Below are positions 19,526 to 28,756 of a stretch of 64,000 nucleotides of DNA, piece by piece (the first letter of the stretch is position 1; each line of letters begins with the position of its first letter). A program made the translations under genes and the position numbers. A model generated the notes under the pieces. It searched no databases and was not told the origin of the DNA. It saw only the letters and a program-made list of their open reading frames with translations. Source of the stretch: a virus (Duplodnaviria; Caudoviricetes); IMG/VR virus record IMGVR_UViG_3300029288_000097, positions 49,977 to 113,976 of that record; one strand, given 5' to 3'.

Positions 19526-20532
19526 CAGCTCGAAAACCTTACGTTCTCGTAGTTAGGCAACTCGGAGGCGTAGGTGACGTTATTATGCTGAGCTGTGTGT
19601 TCCGGGGACTACGTGAAAAGTACCCGGAACACACAATCAAATATGTAACAGCACACATCTACCTTGGAGGAGCCCTCACTGACATTGCTGACCACAATCC
19701 TTATATCGATGAAGTTATCTGGATTGAACCATACGAAGGTTGTAGTTTACGAACACGGGAGGTATGGGGTCAATACTATGGTGGCTGTCCTCCAATCGAA
19801 AATGAAGTGTTGTGGCAAAAAGCAGACTTGGCCGTTTGCTTAAATACCCCATGCGTAGACTATGAATGGGAACATATGCACGATAAAGCTGTAGAAAAGC
19901 CTCGATACCAGATATGGTGTGAAGCAGCTGGAGTTGTGCCAAGTTCATATGCTCCAATCTATCGAATAACTGACGAAGAACGCTTAAAAGCTCATAAAGT
20001 ATTCGATGAACGAGGCTGGACAGGTCAACGTGTAGTTGGTGTAGGCATCAATGCTTGTGATCCAAAGCGCGGAGTTGCTGCCGCAAAAACTCAGCAAGTA
20101 TGTGTTGGACTGCAAAAAGCCGGTATCATACCAGTTACTATCGACAATAGTATGTCCATTCCTGGTATTCAATCAATCATAGGACATCGATTACGTGATC
20201 TAATTCCCTTACTTGAGTTAATGGATGTTGTCGTGTCTGTCGATAGTGGTCTGATTCATATGGCCGGAGCTGTAGGCACTCCTGTAGTCGGTTTATTCGG
20301 GCCAACAGACTATCGAATGCGCATGGGAAACTACCTTGGTAGTGCAACAGATAGTCGAACACTAATGCCTTGTGCACCTTGCTGGTATACATTCCAGTGC
20401 CGAAAAGACATCAATCCTGCCCGGCATGTGGAATGCCTACAAAAAATAACTCCAGAGTGTATAATAGAAGAGACATTACGTTGGGTAGACAGAGGCCGAA
20501 AAGTTCCACTTAATGAGGCTTCTGTGCTATAA
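19522..20532 (+). CDS. glycosyltransferase family 9 (heptosyltransferase-like)
   Basis: GGVGDVIML, VVSVDSGLIHMAGAVGTPVVGLFGPT, CAPCW..C..C. Confidence 0.85.
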   Translation: MTARKPYVLVVRQLGGVGDVIMLSCVFRGLREKYPEHTIKYVTAHIYLGGALTDIADHNPYIDEVIWIEPYEGCSLRTREVWGQYYGGCPPIENEVLWQKADLAVCLNTPCVDYEWEHMHDKAVEKPRYQIWCEAAGVVPSSYAPIYRITDEERLKAHKVFDERGWTGQRVVGVGINACDPKRGVAAAKTQQVCVGLQKAGIIPVTIDNSMSIPGIQSIIGHRLRDLIPLLELMDVVVSVDSGLIHMAGAVGTPVVGLFGPTDYRMRMGNYLGSATDSRTLMPCAPCWYTFQCRKDINPARHVECLQKITPECIIEETLRWVDRGRKVPLNEASVL

Positions 20533-20539
20533 TGAACTT

Positions 20540-20914
20540 ATGGCATCTCAGATAGAATTACAAGATGATACCGGCACAAGTATAACCAACTTCGACTTCG
20601 GTGCCATTGATGGTGGAGACGATCTTGAGATCAAGTTCTACGTCAAAAATATAGGCGCGACATCTGCAAACTCAGTTCGAGTTTATGCGCAGCGTCTTTC
20701 TCAGAATGATGGAATTGATCTCATATTGATGGCCTTCGATAATGGAGGTAATCCCGGCTCCTACATCAGCACTCTGTCAGAAGGACTTGCATTCGGCACA
20801 ATAGCTGCCGGAGAATCACAGCCGTTTTGGATAAAAGTAACGGTTCCCACAGGCACGACTCCTGCCGGAAACCCAAGACTTTTCAACATAATGGTCGAAT
20901 ACACAGGAACGTAG
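20540..20914 (+). CDS. putative virion protein (Ig-like)
   Basis: FDFGAI, FYVKNIG, GTIAAGESQPFWIKVTVP; TGCTATAAT 6 nt before ATG 20540. Confidence 0.6.
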   Translation: MASQIELQDDTGTSITNFDFGAIDGGDDLEIKFYVKNIGATSANSVRVYAQRLSQNDGIDLILMAFDNGGNPGSYISTLSEGLAFGTIAAGESQPFWIKVTVPTGTTPAGNPRLFNIMVEYTGT

Positions 20915-20926
20915 GAGGAATACACC

Positions 20927-21430
20927 ATGCCTGCAACCTTTGCATGGGCACAAACAGTCGGTGCACCACCCGGAACCAGATCATCTTTAGGTTCGACCGG
21001 AAACTTGGCGAACTTTAAGAATATCGATTCCGTTGGAACCAGCGACTATGCAACTCACCCGATCCCAGCGGGTAACAATTCGTATGAAGTATGGCTGCAA
21101 GGCTATTTCAGTGGAAGTTTCAACTTCATCTATGATCTTCGATTCTGGATGTCAACAGACTTCTCACCGAATACGGGCTTGACTGTTCGAGCAAATATGA
21201 CACAGCAAACATTCGCGCAGCCAACCAATGCAACTTCATCCATTGCTACATCTACGATTGGCACCAGCGATCCGGGAGCTGCAAATGTCTCCATAGGCGG
21301 GAGTCTTAACTCTTCGTTGTCGAGTAGTGGTTATACTGACTACCTCGTGCTGCAACTGCAGACAACAACTGCGGCTGCCGCAGGAGATACATCACTCGCA
21401 ACATTCTCTCTGTCCTATATCGAAACCTAA
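20927..21430 (+). CDS. Ser/Thr-rich putative virion protein
   Basis: AGGAGG RBS; NSYEVW, TDYLVLQLQT motifs. Confidence 0.6.
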   Translation: MPATFAWAQTVGAPPGTRSSLGSTGNLANFKNIDSVGTSDYATHPIPAGNNSYEVWLQGYFSGSFNFIYDLRFWMSTDFSPNTGLTVRANMTQQTFAQPTNATSSIATSTIGTSDPGAANVSIGGSLNSSLSSSGYTDYLVLQLQTTTAAAAGDTSLATFSLSYIET

Positions 21431-21441
21431 AGGAGGCATAC

Positions 21442-22242
21442 ATGACTGTAACACCAGTGGAGATTCCTGAAGACAAGAAACTCCAGGCGTTTTGTGACGA
21501 CTTACGCCAGCCAAAAGTAACATTTGGTCGTTGCGCAATCACGGGTGAATGGGGTAAAGTGGCTGCCATAGATTTGGGCGACATCAGTATCAACGTTCCC
21601 AATATCGAAGATGGTGTTCTCTACGATCCTGACACAAAAGAAGTGACATTCACCAAAGCCCGGCCTGTGATTTTTCAGAATCAAGCTCTGATTTCACGCA
21701 CAGGTTTAGAGAAATTGATCGCCTATTTGGATGACCAGACTAACCCCATTCCATCCGTCACACCCGAACTGGTTTATAAATGGCAGGTAACCTATACTGA
21801 TGGTTCTGCTTTAAGTCAGTTTAGAACCAAAGTCGGCACCAATGATGAGGAAGAAGTAATTTCCAGTGAAATTGACTTCCCCAGAATTGCACAATTATCT
21901 GTTGTTCCTAACTTTCCAGCCGTCCCTCGGGCAGAAGGACTTCCCACTTACACATTTGTCCGTGAGACTGGTCAAGTCTATCGTAATGGTGAAGTACTCG
22001 ATCTGATGTTCGATGCTGTTTACCCGGCAGAAATAGATATAATCTATGCTCGGAAAGTGAATATCACTTTTGGCTCCGGTATGGCACCCAATAGTCTTGA
22101 TCGAAATATTGTAGCAGCACATACATCCGTGTTACAACTACTTGGCTGGAAAGTGGGTGGATTGCACGGTGATGGCCCTGGGTGTATCATTGCTATCGAT
22201 GAACGGGGTAATTGGCGTCCATATGAGTATATAGAGGGCTGA
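21442..22242 (+). CDS. hypothetical protein
   Basis: AAGGAGG RBS, 266 aa. Confidence 0.65.
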   Translation: MTVTPVEIPEDKKLQAFCDDLRQPKVTFGRCAITGEWGKVAAIDLGDISINVPNIEDGVLYDPDTKEVTFTKARPVIFQNQALISRTGLEKLIAYLDDQTNPIPSVTPELVYKWQVTYTDGSALSQFRTKVGTNDEEEVISSEIDFPRIAQLSVVPNFPAVPRAEGLPTYTFVRETGQVYRNGEVLDLMFDAVYPAEIDIIYARKVNITFGSGMAPNSLDRNIVAAHTSVLQLLGWKVGGLHGDGPGCIIAIDERGNWRPYEYIEG

Positions 22243-22243
22243 G

Positions 22244-22828
22244 ATGAGCACATCATTCCCTACTAACTTGGATAATCTATCAAATCCTACCGGGTCTACA
22301 GAAACATATAATGTGGACCCGGCTCTTGGTCATGCCAAACAACATACCGATGCAAATGATGCGATAGAAGCTATCCAAGCCAAAGTAGGGATCGATGCTT
22401 CAGCCAACACCGATAGTTTAGACTACAAAGTTCGTAATGGTGGATCAATCAGAAAAACAGTCCAGGTGACAACTGATAGTATAGCAGCTGAGGCTACTGA
22501 TTCTGCCAAGACTCTAACTTTAGGCAAAACTTGTATTGCCTTAAAGATTGAGACTGACTACCCAGCATGGGTCAGAGTATATTCTTCGACAGCCGCTCAA
22601 ACAGCAGATGCCAGTCGAGAAATTACAGCTGACCCCACAGGAGAACATGGAGTTTTACTGGAAGTATTAACTACCAGTGCTAATCTAGCTTTGGACCTTG
22701 CACCGGCTGCCATGTGCTATTCGCTTGAATCGAGTCCGGGCACAACGTTACCAATTACGGTGACCAACAAAGACTCTTCAAGCCGAGAAATCACTGTAAC
22801 TGTAACAGTGGTTCCAATGGAAGGTTAA
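22244..22828 (+). CDS. putative tail fibre/structural protein
   Basis: N-terminus MSTSFPTNLD..NPT..HAKQHTDANDAIEAIQAKVG typical of phage fibre N-termini. Confidence 0.55.
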   Translation: MSTSFPTNLDNLSNPTGSTETYNVDPALGHAKQHTDANDAIEAIQAKVGIDASANTDSLDYKVRNGGSIRKTVQVTTDSIAAEATDSAKTLTLGKTCIALKIETDYPAWVRVYSSTAAQTADASREITADPTGEHGVLLEVLTTSANLALDLAPAAMCYSLESSPGTTLPITVTNKDSSSREITVTVTVVPMEG

Positions 22829-22829
22829 A

Positions 22830-23714
22830 ATGGCAAAAACAAGCTTTGTTTCAGTATCAGGCTGCACAAGTGATGCTGCGTTTAGAACACTTGGACTACT
22901 AATTAGTGGGGCACTTGAAGCAGTTGGCTTAATAAAAACTGCGGACACTGGTCAAATAGACTGGGGTACCGTTACAAAACCTACAACTACTTATGCAGTT
23001 GCAGGCTATGAGATACGTACATTTCCAGCTGGAACATTGCAGACAGCTAACCCACTCATTGTTAAAGTGAATTATGGTAGCACAAATAATAGTGCTAATG
23101 TGATGGGCATTCAGATTCAAGTAGGACACGCTACTGATGGAGCTGGAAACTTCACAGGAGATTACTCAGATACCTATAGTCTATACCCAAGCTCCAGTAA
23201 CTCTAATGGGGCTCAATGTTATGTAAGCTGTGACACAGAACATCTTACCATCGCACTGTTTTTAGGCATATCTGGCACCACAACAAACTACTCGATTGTA
23301 TGTAGTATGGATCGTCTACGTGATTCCGATGGTGTGGCTCTTGATACTGGAGTCAATATCCTCACTATGTACTCCGGCTACTTCGGCCAGCGTATGCTTC
23401 CAGCCACAGGTGCACAATTCCCATCCTCAGCCTTAACCCAACCAATGGCTTTATTCCCTGGTGGTTCCGGGGCACAAACAGTAGTTGGTAAAAATATATG
23501 TTTTTCAAACGTCTACCCATACTTAGGCTGCACTGGAAACCCTGACATGAATGCAGTTGTATATCCAGCTGGTAATATGCCTATAAATGGTGGTGTTGTC
23601 ATTCAATTCCCAGTCTATGGTGTCCTACATGATTATGTTCTTGTTGGTCCATATGTAGGAACTTATGGTGGTAATACTACGGCACAGTGGGGGCTAGGAG
23701 TCCGATATGAGTAA
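22830..23714 (+). CDS. putative virion protein, paralog A
   Basis: Shares ALEAVG.IKTADTGQIDW..V..P....AGYEIR and VG..TDGAGN with the next ORF. Confidence 0.65.
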   Translation: MAKTSFVSVSGCTSDAAFRTLGLLISGALEAVGLIKTADTGQIDWGTVTKPTTTYAVAGYEIRTFPAGTLQTANPLIVKVNYGSTNNSANVMGIQIQVGHATDGAGNFTGDYSDTYSLYPSSSNSNGAQCYVSCDTEHLTIALFLGISGTTTNYSIVCSMDRLRDSDGVALDTGVNILTMYSGYFGQRMLPATGAQFPSSALTQPMALFPGGSGAQTVVGKNICFSNVYPYLGCTGNPDMNAVVYPAGNMPINGGVVIQFPVYGVLHDYVLVGPYVGTYGGNTTAQWGLGVRYE

Positions 23715-24570
23715 AACAGTCTATTCAGTGGCACCAACCAACAGTTCTACTGCGACATTCCGCTTATGGGGCAAAGCACTTTCTGATGCACTAGAAGCTG
23801 TAGGCTTCATAAAAACAGCAGACACCGGACAAATAGACTGGACTTCCGTTTCAGTTCCCGGAACAAGTACATATGCTGGTTATGAGATTCGTCGTCTGTC
23901 CGATACACTTCAGGCTACTACACCAGTATTCGCAAAAATCGAATATGGCACAGGCTCATCATCTACTTATCCTAAGTTACAGATCACAGTTGGACGTGAG
24001 ACAGATGGTGCAGGCAATATTATAGGTGTATCGGCGACTGCTATAACATTTGGTGGTGGTGCTCAATCTGCAACTGCTTACGACTGCTATGTTTCAGGTG
24101 GTGAGGGTTATGTAGCATTCGGACTTTACATAACCTCCTCAACAACAAGTCATCCTTGGTTATTTTATCTTGCACGACCTCGTGATGCAAATGGTACGCT
24201 TAATGAACAAGGTATCAATATAGTAGGACAATCAGCCAGTGCAACATTCTACCACCAATGGTTACCCGAGATTGGCTCTCCAGTTCCTTATACACCTGCA
24301 GGTGGTCCATTTTGTTCTGGACCAAAATCAGGAACAGGTGCTTATGGAAGTACAGTAGGCATATTTCCTATCTTTACAAATATGGGTTTTGCTGCACACC
24401 CAGATGGTATAGGAATTGCTGTTTTTGCTGCAGACATCGGAGCCGGTGGTCAAGTTATATCAGTTTCAGTTTTTGGTGCAAACCATGACTTTGTATCATG
24501 TGGTGTCGGAAGTGGTGGTTTTATCAATGGTAATTCTACTGCCAGCACACTACTTCTCAGGTGGGAATAA
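23707..24570 (+). CDS. putative virion protein, paralog B
   Basis: Tandem paralog of 22830-23714. Confidence 0.65.
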   Translation: MSKTVYSVAPTNSSTATFRLWGKALSDALEAVGFIKTADTGQIDWTSVSVPGTSTYAGYEIRRLSDTLQATTPVFAKIEYGTGSSSTYPKLQITVGRETDGAGNIIGVSATAITFGGGAQSATAYDCYVSGGEGYVAFGLYITSSTTSHPWLFYLARPRDANGTLNEQGINIVGQSASATFYHQWLPEIGSPVPYTPAGGPFCSGPKSGTGAYGSTVGIFPIFTNMGFAAHPDGIGIAVFAADIGAGGQVISVSVFGANHDFVSCGVGSGGFINGNSTASTLLLRWE

Positions 24571-24756
24571 ATGGCAATCACAGCGGGAAGCATGGGTGCA
24601 GATACAACTGACCTTTATATATCAACAGAACGATCCATCTGCACAGAACCAACCTATATGAAAGAAGATACTTGCACGAGAACCTATGTCGATGGATTCC
24701 CGAGCACAGGAGCCGTACGTCCAACTGAAGGCCAATTACTACCAAGATCAACGTAG
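24571..24756 (+). CDS. small hypothetical protein
   Basis: Fills the gap between flanking genes; translationally coupled. Confidence 0.5.
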   Translation: MAITAGSMGADTTDLYISTERSICTEPTYMKEDTCTRTYVDGFPSTGAVRPTEGQLLPRST

Positions 24757-24768
24757 GAGAACAATGCC

Positions 24769-27700
24769 GTGGCTACTCAAACAATCGGCCTTAGCGCATT
24801 CATCCTACATGAGCGTGGTGGTCCCCATACCTACGATCAAGCTGGTTTAACTTACGACCAGCTCGGGATTCTATACGACAGTAATCCACCCTACATCAGG
24901 TCTTTCCAAGGCAAAGCTTACCTGATGAATCCATTCAGCTACCAAACCATCCAATTTCAAGCACGAATGTTGGGTGCTAATGTAGCCACACTAAGCATGC
25001 GTTCACGCCTGGCAAATCAAACTATCGCAACCTTGTCCATGCGAACATTCATACGAAACACGGCTTTTATCAGCTCACAAAGTCGTATTTCTGTTGTGAC
25101 TAATCAATCAATCAACTTTACTGGTCGAATTACTCCTTGTGTTCGATTTACAGCACAAGCTCGAATCAGTCAAGTAAGACCTGTAGACATACAGTTCATG
25201 GCTCTTTTACGGCCAGCCGGACATATTCGTCTTCAAGCACGAATATTGCACTACCACCAAGAAGAACTTTCCAGTCAAGCTCGACTTTCACAGTATAATG
25301 TCTTCACAACCACCACTCGTGCTCGCATAATTTATTTGAGCACGATTGATCTGCTGGCACGTATAAAGCAACATTACACACAACTACTTGCCAGCAGAAC
25401 TCGCATAGCCAAGAAATCAACGAAAACTGTAAGAATCAGAGGTAAAATCTGGCCTTACTCTCGTTTGATGGCACGTGCTCGAATCAAAGATGTTTCCTGG
25501 AAGCGAAGATACATAAATGCTCTAACAAAACCTTTGGCACAAGGCACTATTCCGGGCCGTGGTGATCTTCTCAGACACACCAATGGAAACATCTATTGTG
25601 TCTATGCTGATGTTTATATGAATGCTGTAAGTGAGCGCAGGCTTTATCTTTCGATCTCAACGGATAATGGTTTGACATGGGGCACTCGGATTCAACTGAC
25701 TTCCGGTTATATTGACAATATGCCAAGTCTCCTACAGTTGGATACCTCCAGCACAACATCGGACATAGGTATTGCCTTTGTCAGGGGTAACCCACGCAAC
25801 ATCTATCGTTTAATATTCACCACAACCGGAACTGTGAGTTTTAGCCCACAACCGATTATGTATGGTGCTTATACAACTAATAATGCTATATACCCTAATC
25901 TAGTGAAGCTTACATCGGGCAAATACCGAATCTACTATCTATCCAATGCGCTCTCTTCCTACCTGGCATACTCAGACAGTCCGAGCACGGTTTATACTGG
26001 CACAACACAATGGAGCAGTGTTGCTGCTAAATATCCCGGTGGAGTGAGTAGTAATTACATGGCAAGCCTATCTGTAAGACGCCATGCTGACTCTGGGCAT
26101 TTCATAGCAATCGTAACATATATGACTGCAAAAGATGGTGCAACAAGTCCTGTATCTTACCTCGATGCAAATATGGTCTACGCATTAGCCATGACTGCAT
26201 CAGCTGATGAAGGTGTCAACTGGTCAACTCTACAAGTAATGGATAGTTCATCAGATACTCATTTACTGTCCTTAAAAGAGAAATCCTGTCCAATCTCTGG
26301 TGACTTCACTGAACTAAGTGATGGGAGTATTGGTTTACTCTATCAGAAAGGTGATGTACACCAAGTCATAGATACTCAAACCTCTGTTACGTACGATAGT
26401 TACACTCGTTGTGCTGGCGTTATCTATGACACATTGCGTGAGACTCTGATTATTGCTGAAGCGAATACAGATTCGTACGGAGATCGTACTTTATACGGTG
26501 GTCTCCTATTCTGCAAACGAAATACACAAGGTGTATTTGAGGTAACTTTTGAGCTTAATCCTCGATCAACACCTCCTGTATGGTCCACAATTTTACGTGC
26601 AATAGCACTTAGCCCCGATAGTCGCTACTTACTATTAGCTGCTGACGGTGGTATATCAGTGCTCGATATGCAAGCCGAAAGCCATGAAGATTGGACATTT
26701 CAAGAGTTTCGACAATCAACATGTTCATTCCTTAAAGGAAATGACATTGCATGGGCTGACTGGCTATCAAATACAAAAATAGCCTTTGGGTATAGCTCAG
26801 GACAAGCCTCTGGTTATACATGGGGAGGAGCTTTTGATCTTACTGATCCTGAGAGCACTTACTACGGTCTGTACGCCACTTCTAGTGGTAGTAATAACTG
26901 GTCTACCAACCATACCTGTATCATCCAAGATGGAGTTATTTTCGCCATATGCAATGGCTATCTGGTTGCTTCTGATGCAAACACAGGTGCATTTTTAAGC
27001 TCATACTATCCTGGTTCAAGTTTAGGTTCAAATACTCTTGTTTATGATGCTTTGAATAGTGAGTGTCTGGTATCCACTTCAACAGTACTTTACTGTGTAG
27101 GATTTAATTGGATAACCAAAGTGCTATCACTCCAACGCAGTTTTTCAGAATCAAGTGGTAACCCACGTATACTCCAAAGTGGAGACTACTTTGGGAACGC
27201 TGAAAATAACATCATAATCCCACCAGAATCAAATGCCAGTGATTACTCGGTTAGTGTGTACAATCCATTAACTCAAACCGTTATCGGGTTCATCCATGGA
27301 ACTGACATCACACCTGGCTTAAGCATATACGATGACAATAATCAGTATAGTAATCCAAAAATCCTCGATGTAGATGGTAAACAATGGCTGATATGGACTG
27401 GGGGATCGGCGGGTCTATGCTTCATGCCAATCAAAAATATAGGTAAGCTTCGCTATGGGGTTTTTGTCTATAATCAGACGACAAAACAACTGGAAGAAGG
27501 CGATGCTGCATTCTATGATATTGAAAATGTGCGTACAATCAACTCTGAAGACTACAATCAGCTAGAGTTTCCACGTTTAGTCTCTCGAACTGATGGTGCT
27601 TTACTAATCTACTGTCGTCTATCAGACATCACACGTGCAAGTCAGCCCTTTGCCCCAATCATAGCTCTTGGCTGGACAGATGGTATGACTCTAAGCATGC

Positions 27701-28755
27701 GCGGTCGAATTGTGCTACCTACTTCAATCTATATGCGTGGACGCATATCATTCTCATATACAAAAACACTAAGCTTACAAGGTCACCTTGTCCCCGCTGG
27801 ACATATTCAATTTCAAAGTCGTATCTTGAATAGCTACACAAAAACGTTCGATATGACTGCCCGAATTAAACAGACTTATAGTGCTACCCTAGACATGCAG
27901 GCATTCTTACGAGGAGCTGGTCACTTTGAAGCCCGTGCAAGGCTGCTACACGCCCGATCCTACGCTTTTACAGCAAAAGCCAGGATATTAGTCACTCCAC
28001 TACGTACAGTGGCTTTCAGAGCGCGTCTGACACATTTACAGAGCTTAACACTTAAAGCTCGGTTGATTCCCAAACGATCTATCTATTTGCGTGCTAAGAT
28101 CAGTCACAGCTACACAAAAACATTATCGAGTAAAGCACATATCCATATACTCGGACGCCCAACTATAAGTTTCACGGCTATCATCCAAAAACAACAGTTG
28201 AATACCTTGGCCCTCCAAGGTTATCTAATGCATGGATCAGCTCCCGAGATGCGCGGACGTATAGCTCAACGCCAGGGTTGGCCGGAACCAGATAGTGGAG
28301 ATGAACAGTGGTATGTTTTCACTGAAACAGCTCTCAGAATCAGAGCAAACATTGGAGATGTTACTTACAGCAGTGCTTCGTTTAGTGGTCGTGGTCGTAT
28401 CAGACCATTCCGATTGACTACTTTATCAACTATGGCAAATGTAGTGCTTTGTAACTCAATACAGATGCAGGCAAATATCAAACCATGGCGATCCTACGTC
28501 TCACTACCGTGCACCTTTGATGTTCAAAAACTGGTAACCAAACGCATTCGTATGGTATTCTATACTCAAGGATTCTACAAAACAAGTGCGCTTACTATGC
28601 GAGCAAATATCGAACGGACGATCACGGCTCGCTTCACAGGACACTTTATTGTTCCTGCAGCTACTATCACAAGTTCAGTTATTACAGTATCCTACAGTAG
28701 CCAGCTTAAGTATGTAAGACAATTCTCAATCAAAGCATTCATACTGGATCAATAG
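24769..28755 (+). CDS. large tail protein: Asp-box beta-propeller core flanked by Arg-rich RARI-type repeats
   Basis: Asp boxes STDNGLTW and SADEGVNW; many xMRARI-like repeats at both ends. Confidence 0.7.
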   Translation: MATQTIGLSAFILHERGGPHTYDQAGLTYDQLGILYDSNPPYIRSFQGKAYLMNPFSYQTIQFQARMLGANVATLSMRSRLANQTIATLSMRTFIRNTAFISSQSRISVVTNQSINFTGRITPCVRFTAQARISQVRPVDIQFMALLRPAGHIRLQARILHYHQEELSSQARLSQYNVFTTTTRARIIYLSTIDLLARIKQHYTQLLASRTRIAKKSTKTVRIRGKIWPYSRLMARARIKDVSWKRRYINALTKPLAQGTIPGRGDLLRHTNGNIYCVYADVYMNAVSERRLYLSISTDNGLTWGTRIQLTSGYIDNMPSLLQLDTSSTTSDIGIAFVRGNPRNIYRLIFTTTGTVSFSPQPIMYGAYTTNNAIYPNLVKLTSGKYRIYYLSNALSSYLAYSDSPSTVYTGTTQWSSVAAKYPGGVSSNYMASLSVRRHADSGHFIAIVTYMTAKDGATSPVSYLDANMVYALAMTASADEGVNWSTLQVMDSSSDTHLLSLKEKSCPISGDFTELSDGSIGLLYQKGDVHQVIDTQTSVTYDSYTRCAGVIYDTLRETLIIAEANTDSYGDRTLYGGLLFCKRNTQGVFEVTFELNPRSTPPVWSTILRAIALSPDSRYLLLAADGGISVLDMQAESHEDWTFQEFRQSTCSFLKGNDIAWADWLSNTKIAFGYSSGQASGYTWGGAFDLTDPESTYYGLYATSSGSNNWSTNHTCIIQDGVIFAICNGYLVASDANTGAFLSSYYPGSSLGSNTLVYDALNSECLVSTSTVLYCVGFNWITKVLSLQRSFSESSGNPRILQSGDYFGNAENNIIIPPESNASDYSVSVYNPLTQTVIGFIHGTDITPGLSIYDDNNQYSNPKILDVDGKQWLIWTGGSAGLCFMPIKNIGKLRYGVFVYNQTTKQLEEGDAAFYDIENVRTINSEDYNQLEFPRLVSRTDGALLIYCRLSDITRASQPFAPIIALGWTDGMTLSMRGRIVLPTSIYMRGRISFSYTKTLSLQGHLVPAGHIQFQSRILNSYTKTFDMTARIKQTYSATLDMQAFLRGAGHFEARARLLHARSYAFTAKARILVTPLRTVAFRARLTHLQSLTLKARLIPKRSIYLRAKISHSYTKTLSSKAHIHILGRPTISFTAIIQKQQLNTLALQGYLMHGSAPEMRGRIAQRQGWPEPDSGDEQWYVFTETALRIRANIGDVTYSSASFSGRGRIRPFRLTTLSTMANVVLCNSIQMQANIKPWRSYVSLPCTFDVQKLVTKRIRMVFYTQGFYKTSALTMRANIERTITARFTGHFIVPAATITSSVITVSYSSQLKYVRQFSIKAFILDQ

Positions 28756-28756
28756 C

